Origin: Balanoglossus misakiensis
Taxonomy: Eukaryota > Animalia > Hemichordata
Direction of reading: 5' to 3'
Assembly: GCA_040954595.2 (NCBI GenBank)
Contig: CM082581.2
Coordinates: 9,341,878 to 9,405,877 of the forward strand
DNA length: 64,000 bases
Shown: piece by piece, positions 37,801-49,521 of the stretch
Numbering within the stretch: position 1 is the stretch's first letter
Layout of the letters: each line of letters starts with the position of its first letter
Program-made: the position numbers and the translations under genes
The notes under the pieces: generated by a model
Seen by the model: only the letters and a program-made list of their open reading frames with translations
Databases searched by the model: none
Told to the model about the DNA's origin: nothing

Positions 37801-40112
37801 TTATATTGTCCTTTCAGATGTGATTGAATGAATGTGTCCACGTTGTCAAGAGTTCGTCTAGTCGTTTCAGGTTTTGCAGAACAGGAACAGCAGAAACTTG
37901 TTGAAACTGTCGTTACGATTGACTGTATTTCATTGAACTAAAATAGAATTCATCATGAAAATCTTATCAACTTTGTACTGAGCTTACCGGTATTTAGAAG
38001 AATCAACCTTGTTCACGGGTTTAATGCTTTCCATTTGTGATAAAGTGCACGGTATCGGTATCGTCTATAAAATGATTCATTACAATCTTTTAAAAGCCAA
38101 ATGGAATTTCTGCCCACAGCAGGATTCATGTAAATCGTGATAATCCGAATATGCATGCATATCATTGTTAAGAGTCTAAGGTCAGGTGAATATTGGATTT
38201 AATAGGAATTAAATGCATGCTCCAGGCAAACCATTTGTACTAAATCCCATGTCCATGTGTGAAGGGCAACTGACTTTTGAATTGGCTTCATCATGGGAGG
38301 TAAAATGTCAGAGAAAAGCTGTTAAAAGTGAACCTTCAAGCCATAGATGTGAAATGTTGTTTTGTCAGAGGATGGAGAATGCAGACCATTCCTCACAGGT
38401 GTTTGTAATTGCTTTAAGGAGGAACTTGCTGAGTCAAGGAAACAACAAGTCTTGGTGTACTGAGTTTCAAGTTGTGCCGCTATTCTTAAATATTTCTGCT
38501 TCGCGCAGTTGCATTTCTACACCAAGATAATCGTGAAAATTGTCACATGCTGACAGTGTACAGCAGTTTGTAATTGTCCGTGTGGTTAAGGTCACAGTTT
38601 CAATAGAAATGATAACATTCCACATCACAAAGACCGACATGTTTTTTTCCCACCCACTTGCTTTCTCTCGTCATCTGGATTACAGCCAATATCAGCAATG
38701 ATGTGAGTGAATTAATCAAAGATTAGTGTACGTTGTACATCAGCAAGCAGTTCGCATACAGCAGTTATGAGAGGGGCTCAGGATTCTGGTGTTTAAAACT
38801 GGTAATTCATGCCTACAGAATAGCCATCTGACAATGAATGTCACTATGGGACTGACACGTCTATTGCATTGTAGGAGTTCGGTTTACCAAGATCCCAGAG
38901 CTGATGTGCGTTTCATATAGACAGGTTTCCAGCTTAGACAGGGTCTGGTTTAGTCTGGCTTCACCAGACATACACATGTTTAGATAAAAAAAAGTGATAC
39001 CACCATATGCTATAGCTGAGGATTAGGAATGGCTGAGGGGGGGGGGGTCGGTAGTCAGTTTGACTACAATTATCTGAAGGTGGTAGGTATGAGTCTCCTG
39101 TAGCATTTCTCAGACCACTTAGTCTTCGACTTTGGATACCTGTTCATCAAAGAGTTCACATAAGGCTAAGTGTTGTGACAATTACATGTGGTATGAAGTT
39201 AATGGTAAAACCTTGTACTTTTTTGATCGCATAGAGAAGAGCGGCCTCAAAGAATTGCGAAATTGCTGCTGGCCAATTAGACCGAGGGCCGAAATGCTGT
39301 GTTTCTTAAATTGCCCCCATGTCCCTCCCCATCAAAAGACCCTCAGTTAGCTAATGACCATCTCTTGCCGTCTAATTGAAATCCATTGAAATCTTTTCAA
39401 TAAGATCATGTACCCCTTGCAAAAAGGTATTGATTTGTCACGCCAGGTGTAAATCGCTTTTTGGTGGTGGTCCGCCTGAAAGTGTCATTCTTTTCTCTGG
39501 CCAAAATCAACAACGCTGAAATTCCTACAGTTTTATTACCCTCCGAAAGTTTTTCTTACGAGACAGGGAGTCTGTAAAGTAATTACAGTAAAAATGGGTT
39601 TCCAGGGCTTCATGGGAAATATTCAGTCTTGCATGTGAATGTGAACAGCAGAAAGTATTTACAGCTATGTGTAGTTGAGTGGATCAATCATCTGGGTGAA
39701 GGGCAGTTTTGGGATTAGTGGTAATGAGAAGTAGAGAGAGCTTTCTTTAATCAGGATGCTAGTTATCTTTTTGCCTTTCATCTCCCAAGTTCGGAATGTT
39801 GACCGTGTTTACTCGTTCCCATGTCTTGCCGTGCAGATTCATTGGAAGGGTGGTTTTCTTGCCTGGTATCTTTTTATAGGACAGTGGTGGAACCATTGAC
39901 ATTGTTGACACAAGTTTAACTCAGTGTGATAGGACTGAGCTGAAATAACGCTTGACCAATCAATCCAAACACTGGAACAGCCACATGAGTTTTCCCCCCA
40001 TTTCTCCGACTGGCCCATCGTAGTGTCCAATCATAATCAGCCCTTTGTGCGAGCACTCTCAATGAATAAGTTGGCAACAAAGTTGGTGCCCAGAGGGCAG
40101 TCTTTTATCTGG

Positions 40113-40148
40113 TATAAAAGGAGTTGATGACAGGGCTGTTTGCTCAGT
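40113..40148 (+). promoter_or_regulatory. TATA box plus initiator core promoter of the proximal first exon
   Basis: TATAAAAG at 40113-40120 and TCAGT initiator at 40144-40148 (~31-33 nt spacing), ~65 nt upstream of ATG 40213. Confidence 0.6.
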
Positions 40149-40212
40149 ATTAATCTGGATGTGGTCAGGAACTCTCCTGCGTCTGTGAATCTAGAGACAC
40201 CACTGTGGCAAC

Positions 40213-43200
40213 ATGGATTTAGCCTGCTCAGGGAATATCATGAAATCTTTGCTTTTGGTTATTTGTGTGTACAATGTACTGGTCAAGTGTGAACCTCTGC
40301 CTAATAATGGTAGGTAACATGCTTGTATTGAAATAATAATTCACTTTTTGTCAAGATTTTTTGCTCGTAAACTCGGTATGTTCATTGTAAGTGACTCAGA
40401 GTGGGCAACCATAGACATACATGTACTCTAGATATGTCTATGGGCCGGCTTTGCGTAAAATATCATTGTTGTGATCGACTGTCATATGTGGTACAGTTGT
40501 CCAAGGCATAGCATCTGTTGTACCGTCTTCTCTTGTCTAAACTGCAGAGTTTCGTAATGATTGTTGAACCATAACATTTACCGAGTGCGTGGCTCAGGGG
40601 CCTGGTGTTTTTTATCTGCAGGGTATTTGTTCTGCATCATGGTTTACCTGTACGGGTACGTCTGTGAGCCATTGTTACGGGGTCAGTGTAACGGACTCAC
40701 AAAGACGCAGTATACATAGAGGTCATGAATGCATCAGCCATGATAGGCAAACCATGTACCATATGTGTATGACAGCCTAGGTTAAAGAAATCATAAAGTA
40801 TAATTTTGATATCAACACTTTCAATATAAGTCCCAGATATATCTGGTTTTATGCTTATATGTATGCACTGAGTCCATATAGTATACCGTGCAAGGGAGAA
40901 CATTCATGACATGAATGCATATTCCACATTGTCAATGCTGATTTCATCGCACTTGACAATTTTGGGTGACTTTTTACCTCCAAGAGTATATCACATGCTA
41001 TTGCCACACTATTTTGCTGTGATCAGAAATTGTTGATTTCTTCCTTTTCATTATTGAAAACCAAACAATGTTGTACATTTCTCTATATAGGATGTGCAGA
41101 TGGAACGGTTGAAGGGTTTCCGACTCATCCCAGACTGGCAGCCTGTGGGGGTTCGTGGCATGGCCATATCAGAAACAGCAGTAATCTGTGTGCAGACGGC
41201 TGGCATGTCTGTAGCTGGCTGGACGTGGACCTACTGCGGACCATTGCATGGTCACAGGCCCTATCTGTAGACGGATGTTATGCGTACAATGCTGCTAATG
41301 ACAGGGGCCAGTGTCAGGAATGTGCTAGTAACATCAATCAGGTAAGTTACATAATTGGGCGAACATTATCGTGCAAGTAAGATATTTTGCTCACTGTTTC
41401 TTCATCAGTGATTTGACTTTGTTTTTATTGGGTGTTAAGGTTTACATGCTATGTGTGTATAGAAAGGAGAATGTATTTCTGGTATTCCTTTCAATTGCTT
41501 TATAGTCTTTCGGCTGGTTCTGGGTTTCAAAATGAGATCAACAGTTCAGATTTCAGTGTTTGCTTAAAGTATGGCGCTCATCATAATGTAGTGATTTGCA
41601 TTTCTTTGAAAGACCACTGGTGTTAATTCTGTAATTTCAGAGAATTGTTTCTTAAATCGCTGTATTATTCTTGCTTTTGTTTGCTTGACTGGTTTCTTTC
41701 AGAGGGAAATTGGCAATAGGTTTTACAGTGCACTACTCAATGATAGTAGCTTTCCTTTTGTTGTATGGCTTCAACAGAAAATCCCGGAATTCGAAGCCAC
41801 ATTGTACTGGAATATGGTGTTTCCAACATTCTCAGGGTACTTACGGAATACAATGTTTGCACTACTGGTTTCTTGCAAAGATGCATGTACAGTGATAGTA
41901 ATTACAACTTGTATGGCTTCTAATAGACAAAGGGGGCTTGTTGTTTCTACACACTTACTGGTTGACAAAAAAGTGTGGCTTGTAATATGTTTACATCGAA
42001 CCGTCTGTTTGTCAATTTCACCAGTCATGAAAATCTCTGTGAAATATAGGAAAGTTCAGGATATTTCCAAAACGAAGCTAGTCAATGTTTCATTTGGAAT
42101 AGCCTGATGTTCGAGTTTGAATCTGGTCCTGGTGCAAGTGTGATCAGATCTAATATTCTTTTAGCTATCAGATCTAATCCCCAGAGTTATTATTTTAGCC
42201 GTATAGTCAGTTGTTTGTGTGCGAACAAGATTTTTATGTTTCTCAAAGGAATGCTATTGCTAATATTTGTCATCTGTAATCCTGGATACCTTGTGAAAAA
42301 AAGACAAATTAAGATAAATGTGCAATTTGTAAGTATATACCAGAAACATTTGGAACAGAAGGGTCTCTGATAGTTATATCGTAGACAAAACAATGATCTT
42401 CAAAGCCAGTTAATAGTCACGACAGGTATGTAATTTCCAGTCTGGTCCACTCCAAAAGATGGCCAATGGCTCGGAATTGTCCAGTTCATTAGCAACGCAG
42501 GCATTTCGTGGACTGATTTCTGGGGTTCAAAGATGCATTGTTAACAATGCGCTATTATGGAAAGAGGTCAGATTGAGGAGTCGCGGCTCCTGAAAGCAGA
42601 TAAATTCTACTGAAGGGTTTGATTGATTTGTCTGCAGTTACAAGTGCACGTATTTGCTTTTTTGGTCCAAGCAACGTTTTGACTTGGCTGGCACACAATC
42701 CTACCAAGGCCACTTGTCAGTTGCAAGGATATGGTTTGGAGAACTACAAAACAACCTGATGGCTATGTTATCCTATATGTACATGTAGTCCAAGAGATCC
42801 CACAGGAAAAAAGTGGCATCATTCAGTCACTCTTGACCACTCAATCCTTTATGAGTAAGAGAGTATATACTAGGTTCTTTAGTGGCTGGGAAGCATAGTA
42901 AGGCTCACGTGTAACGATATTGTGTGGTAGATCAGTGATCCCATTCAACCTTTTCTGCTTTCATCTTGTTCTCTTTGTGAGATACAATGGACAAAACAAA
43001 CAGCGTAGTCACTGATTTAGTGGGTGAGTGTGTGTGAAAGAGAGCCAAAGCAAATTGTCACTTTCTCTTAATAACGAAGCAGGACCAGGCAGGTGATTTT
43101 CCAAGCTATAGTCACTACCCACTTGTTTGATTTTACTTGATCAGATTTCCACACACACAGGTGGCATTGAGTGTTGGATTTCCAACCTGTCGGCATAGTA

Positions 43201-46200
43201 TACGTATACTATACCAAGAATGTGTTCACTCTGGCATGTTTTTGTTTCTGGTTACAATGTGTAATCATAATGTGATGATGTGCGTCTGTTTGAAATGGCA
43301 AGAAATCAAACAAAACTGAGAAGTACATGAAAATCAGAAAAAGTTCCTGAATTTCCCAATTTTGAACTTCTATTTCCTAATACCGGTACTATTGTGTGTT
43401 TATCCAGGATGACATGGCAGGAGTTGGGAAGAAGTGTCCCCATCAAAACAGCGGTCAGAATTCTTGCCTAGCCAGTGGACGAATAGATGCAAGTTGCTGC
43501 ATTGATAGTTTCATGGAAAGAGCCTGCACGTACATTCCTGGAGTAATATCTGGTGTGATGTGCTGCAAACCCGAAGGTAAATCAAGTTATTGGGATTTGA
43601 GAGCACTTAATACACAAAATGTTATTTTAATCTCCAGTTTTAATGTAGTTGAGTGGAACGCATGCCACAAGAGTATACCAATGTTTATGTATACTTGAGT
43701 ACAGGTTTAATTTCCTGTCACCTTGGGGTTCAGTGTTTACACAAGTTCATGAATGAATCCTCCCATGAAAGGTACAACTGGGTCTTTGTACTGCCACATT
43801 CACTGACATGTTATGTTACCTTCATGGTAAAATCGCCTACCTCAAGCATCTGCCACTGACATATCAAGTCTCTCTTATTATAGCCATGACATCTGTATAT
43901 TCTCAATGTTAAACCAAAATGAAGGGACAGCTGCTGTGATGTTTGGTATTTATACGGGTTTAGGATTGATCTGTTGTATCGGCTGAAGTTTCCACTATTA
44001 TCCTTTCAGTAACCCCCTTTGAAACACTGTCTGTGGCATCACAGTGCCAGGATTATCACTGATTTTGATTAATCTAATACAAGCAGACTATCTTTATAGT
44101 ACTATTGGCCTTGGTTAGCTGCCTTCAGACTCATTGCAACAGCAACCACAATCAGTCAAGTATATTATATAGACATTGACAACTTGGCCAGTGCTGTTAT
44201 GCAACCATAGACTCGACAATTCATTTCTTCCTTTATACGGTCCCAGCTTCTATCAGCTGGCCGTTCTTGAGTCATTCTCTGTGGCATCTAAACGTTCTGT
44301 GCATGATCGCTCAACCGAACCCCAACCAATGAGTTTTGGTCAAACGCGATTGTTTTACAAAAGTGAGGTCATACCTTACATTTATGCTGCAATGAAAAGG
44401 GGTAATGGGCTGAAACTCTTCTGTTCAGATTGGAGCTAGATCATTCATGTCTTAAGCCAGCCAGCTGCACTGTACTTGAGCTCTCTCTGATCATATTTTA
44501 CAACATGATTTTTCTGATGACATTCCAGAAACAGTGCCACGTATCATAGTCTCAACTCAAGCCAAGGTGATCACCACTGTCAGCAGTAAGATGATGTTGG
44601 AATGTCATGCCACAGGGAAGCCAAAACCGGAAATAAAGTGGTACAAAGATGGGAAACTCATAAGTGACATCTCAGAAAATGTTAAACTTACTCCAGAATT
44701 AGGTGAGTAGGTGAAGGGTGTGGTTTTTGTGGGTTTTTACAAGCAGTGATGAATATATTTTATGTTTGAGAATCAGGCTGGTATGTTAAAAACACTGCTC
44801 ATATTATCATCTTTAGCACCAACATGGTGTTATGGTGGCAAGAATGCATGAAGTGAAGGAAATTAGTATCGCTTGTGTGGGTTTCAGGATTTTGGTGAAG
44901 CTCATACCAGAGTATCCTTGTGAACTGGTGTGTTTCAGCCACAGTTGAGCAATAAAGCAAAGCTCGACCTCACCATTTCAGTTGAAAAGATATTCATGAT
45001 AAATAAAGAAAACTGTTCTTATAAGGTGCTGTTGCTCTTCAACAGGAATGTTGGAAATTTTATCAGTGGGTAAATCAGATGATGGTGTTTACAAGTGTGT
45101 GGCAGCCAACATTGCAGGCAGTGACAGCCAGTTAATGAATGTTACAGTACTAAGAAAGCGTAAGTAGTTTCTTGCGTTCTTCGAGAAAAGTTTGTTGTCT
45201 ACACATTGGCAATAATGCAGTAATTTTCTGGGGGATAAGGATATTGATCAGATTGGAGTCTTTTTTTTCTGTTTGGGATACAGTCACTCCATGCATCCCT
45301 AAAAGTTTTTTCTCTTTTTACAGGAACAGTTGCCCGGAATAAGGGCTGCCTTGACAGCACAGTAGAAGGTCTGCAGCATCTACCTGGAATAGCTGCGTGT
45401 GAAGGTGTGTGGCATGGCCATATCAGACACGGCAAAGTGCTGTGTGCTCCGGGCTGGCGTGTGTGCAGTGCCAAGGATAACCTCAAACAAATTTCGTGGG
45501 AAGATGCAACAAGTATAGATGGGTGCTTCGCATATAATGCTGTCAGTAACTATGACCAATGTACAAGGTAAGTTGAATTTTTATGACTTGAAACTTGAAT
45601 TTTTATGACTACATCTCTTTTCCATAGAACTTCAACTCTGTTGTAGTCTGTGTGCCACATTTTATTCCAGAGTAGGCCTATTCTAACGTTTCTCTTCAAT
45701 TGTATCCTTACAGTTGCCCTGTCAGAGACATACATAATGTCAACAGCATGGCAGGAGTTGGCAAGGACTGCCAGTACAAACACAGAAAGCAGTCGTCATG
45801 TCTTGTGCAGGGAAGGATTGATGTGCTCAAGGAAAATGAGAGTAAACGTGCAAATTGCAAATATCAGCCAGGCGTTACAACAGGAGTTCTCTGCTGTAAA
45901 CAGTATCCAGCCAAAAGGAAAAAAAGTAAGCCACCGTAATACTGTGTAAATCCACTCAGCCATCATATCAAAGTTTGAAATCTGACTAGTATCAATCTGA
46001 AACATTTCCAACTCAGATTGCGTCATCCACTGAGTTGATGAGCGCCACCAAGTGGTGATATCCATGGATCATTCCGTCTTTAATATGGGATTCTGTTTCC
46101 ATTGACAGTCATTCAATTTTTTTTTGTTTCAGTAAAACCAGCTTGTCGCACAGAGTGTCAGAATGGGGGTTCTTGTGGTGAAGACCACAAATGTCATTGT

Positions 46201-47054
46201 CCACCTGGCCATAAAGGGGCAGCATGTCAAAATGGTGAGAAACACAGCAAATTGTATAATTTTCTTCTGTCCATTCATTTTATTTTGATAATTTTCTCTT
46301 ACCTACCAGTTCTGGGAATACTTTATAATCTTCACGCCCCCAAAGCACTTGTATTTAATTTAACCAAAGTCTGTGTTGTGTGCACTAATTTTATGCATTG
46401 AACTTGTTTTTTTGTTTGTCCTCACAGCTATATGTGATCCCAAGTGTGGTCAGTATGGTACATGTATAAGGCCAGGAGCGTGTGAGTGTCAGCCAGGATA
46501 TGGGGGCAATTCATGTCAGTTTAAAGGTAAAGTTATATTGCAGTACTTGTAGATCTGTAGGAACTGCCAGTCTTAACACCAGTAAATATATTACACTGTG
46601 CAGAAATTGAAATTGCATTCTCAGCAACAGTTCATTTCCGTATATTCACCGCAATTTTCTGTTTCTCCAGTTCGACAATTTTGCCTCAATGGCGGAGAGT
46701 TCCTACAAGGAAAGTGTGTGTGTCCTGTAAGTTTTAAAGGAAAACACTGCCAACACAGTAAGTAGTAGTGCAGTTTTCAACAATAACATTGCTGGCTATG
46801 TTTCCATATTCGTTGTGTTGATAAGATACATATGGGAAGTCTAACAAGAAGCTGCTGTTGATATATGGAATACGAATACTGAATATGTAGCCACAGTAGA
46901 CTATTCACATATGAAATTATACAACCAGGAAAGCCTGACAACTACACATATACTGAACGCTCTTGTCATTTATTTTTTTACAGAAATAACAAAGCAACTG
47001 TTACCATGGTTACTGAATGATGCCAGCCTGGAGAGGAATGATGCCACAAGGTAG
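40213..47054 (+). CDS. Secreted multidomain protein: signal peptide, Cys-rich module A, Ig I-set, Cys-rich module B, 3 EGF-like repeats (~539 aa)
   Basis: Exons 40213-40309, 41091-41341, 43408-43576, 44529-44702, 45046-45159, 45324-45567, 45714-45925, 46133-46234, 46428-46526, 46671-46757, 46984-47054 (1620 nt, phases consistent). Ig: LECHATGKPKPEIKWYKDG...LEILSVGKSDDGVYKCVAANIAGSD. EGF: CQNGGSCGEDHKCHCPPGHKGAAC, CGQYGTCIRPGACECQPGYGGNSC, CLNGGEFLQGKCVCPVSFKGKHC. No transmembrane segment. AATAAA at 48235. Confidence 0.88.
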
Positions 47055-47142
47055 CTGACAGCAGTCAGACTTTTAGGCTTGTAAATATGTACAAAAACGC
47101 AGGAAACACACATACAGACACACACACACAGATACAAAGACA

Positions 47143-47144
<2 letters not shown>

Positions 47145-47214
<70 letters not shown>
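47145..47214. repeat. (CA)35 microsatellite in the 3'UTR
   Basis: Perfect CA run with a degenerate CA-rich flank from ~47106. Confidence 0.97.
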
Positions 47215-47216
<2 letters not shown>

Positions 47217-48586
47217 ATTTATGGACATTACCGCTTGTGTCGCGATTTCTGACCAAAGTTTTGAGAGATTATACAGCATCACACCAGTACTATGAATTAT
47301 AAGAAAAAGTTTATATCAAGAACAGTATTATTATCCGTAAAGATTATATAATTTTTCATATATATTTTCATTGGAAGAAAGTACATCTCGGTATGTTTGG
47401 GAGTATGTTAGAACAGCATATATTTCGTATGCTATAGAGGTATGTTTGTTGGAGACCTACTGTTGTAGATTGTTAGTTAGACTTAATCCTACCATGCAAA
47501 TCTAGTGAAGAGATGTGTAGTAATCAAGTCATATATGAATCAACTCAGGGTCAAAAGATGTGAATTTAAACAGTTAGGTTAGGAATCATGATTGAAAATT
47601 CTGTGAATCGTAGTTACCTAGTTCGCCAGAAATTCCATTCCTTGACAAAGCCATTAGTTAGTTTGACACAATCAGTGCAACCATAGACATGAGGTTCCGA
47701 AACCCTGCAAAAGAATTGCATTTTTGCTAAGGTTACTTCTCAACCCCATCATCACTGGTTGTTCTCCTAGTTGGGCCAGTGTACATGCTGACCTATGCCC
47801 AGAACATTGCCTATTGGAGGGGGGGGGGGGGGGTAGCAGAGTGAAAGGTTACCAGTGGAAAGTCACATCATCTGTAAACTTTAGCATGTTGTTGTACTAA
47901 CCAAGAGTCTATACTCTCCCATCACCCATTTTATTTTGACCACTTGTTAGATTTTTGTTTTCATCATTTTCCACAAAACTGTGCCAAAAGTTTTATGTTA
48001 AAATACTGTACTTAATCTTTATTCTCATTTATTTTTCCTGTATATAGATATACCTTTGTCTAGTCTTGCATTATTTTTGTTCTGTAGCCAAGTATCACAG
48101 CTACAGACAGTTACTTAAAGATGCTCTGTGTCTTAAAGATTCTTCAGCTTGTTTCCTCTGTTTATTATGATTTTTTTCTGATTATTTATTAAAAACCATG
48201 TATCAAGATATAAATATTTTAATTTTATGTAAATAATAAATTTACAGCATTACTTTTATTTTGCACTGTTTTATTTATGTTCAGTCATATGTTCATTCAC
48301 ATTATGCACTTCGTGACAGCTTCACTATGTCAGACTGTTCTGTGCATTCCAGCTGAGTGTGTGGAACGGTCAGACTTAGAGCTCTCTACATAATGTCCAA
48401 CTTACAGTTGACTCTCGGTAGATTATTCTCATCTAGAATGATAATATTGATCAATTTTATTTCCCTTACACCTTCTAAAACGTACGTGTGGTGAAATATC
48501 GATTTGTAATGAATTGATAAAAACAAAAGTATTCCCAAATCTTTGTCCTGAGGGCTCTCAACTGTTATATTGTTGCTGTGTTGGGA

Positions 48587-48654
48587 CAGTCTCGGTTACC
48601 CAGACCCCCCTGCTTCTTCCGGAAGAAGCAGAGGGCTCTGGGTAACCAAGACTA
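48587..48654. mobile_element. 68-bp palindromic MITE with 8-bp target-site duplication
   Basis: Arms agtctcggttacccagacccccctgcttcttcc and ggaagaagcagagggctctgggtaaccaagact are reverse complements with 3 mismatches, centred at 48620/48621. Direct repeat TGTTGGGA flanks it at 48579-48586 and 48655-48662. Confidence 0.8.
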
Positions 48655-49471
48655 TGTTGGGACATAGTAGAGAAGGGATGGCCTTGATCACGGTCACTCC
48701 AACACACCGTGCATTGATGATATCCTGTCGATTTTACATTTTGACATCAAAACCTTGTATCCAGGTAGCTTCTCCATTGATCATCGCCACCTTTCCCGTT
48801 TAAAGATTATCAATCAAATTCCAGTCATGGCAATTAATCTTTGTCTTGTCCTGTATCTTACAAAATGTACCATTCATGCGAAATGTGTCGACAAGTGGCC
48901 TGCACGTCCTTGTAAAATCCCTATCTATATCTTCACTCTTTAACTGTCACCTGTCAAACCCACCCGTCAACGGTAACATCTTTTGTCTGGTCCTATCACA
49001 GCAGATAATCTCGGCGTTTGTCTGTTTGTTCCTGCGGGACCCAGTCCATCGTGTTATCTGGTCGAGAGATAGGACGCCGGCGACCGACGGATTAAAAGCC
49101 CTCGATCTGCCTTGTTACCTCGTCGCCGTAACAATTAATGACCGATAGCTGTAGAATCAGAGTTGACGTGGGGGTTGGGGGAGTCTTTAGCCAACACACC
49201 CTTGTGACAGACAAAAGCGCACATGCGGAGATAATCAATCTCTGTCACATCCTTCCTCTCTTCTCCTTGAAATAGGAACGTCGACACATGGATGACAGGC
49301 ACTACAAATATTCTGCAAATATTTAGTGGCGTACAACTTACGAGCACTAAAAATTTACTCCTTCCATGTACAAGGTGCGGGCTTAGTTTTAACAACTGGT
49401 CATCAACATGTGTATGTGAGCAGAATAACATAAAAGAAATAAAAATAACCAAAATAATGTCAAAAGTTAGC

Positions 49472-49521
49472 GTGAGTGAGTGAGTGAGTGAGTGAGTGAG
49501 TGAGTGAGTGAGTGAGTGAGT
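49472..49521. repeat. (GTGA)n tetranucleotide microsatellite
   Basis: About 12 perfect GTGA units. Confidence 0.95.

Noticed and set aside
47065-47302. CVCVCV / HTHTHT ORFs
   Set aside because: Translations of the (CA)n microsatellite.
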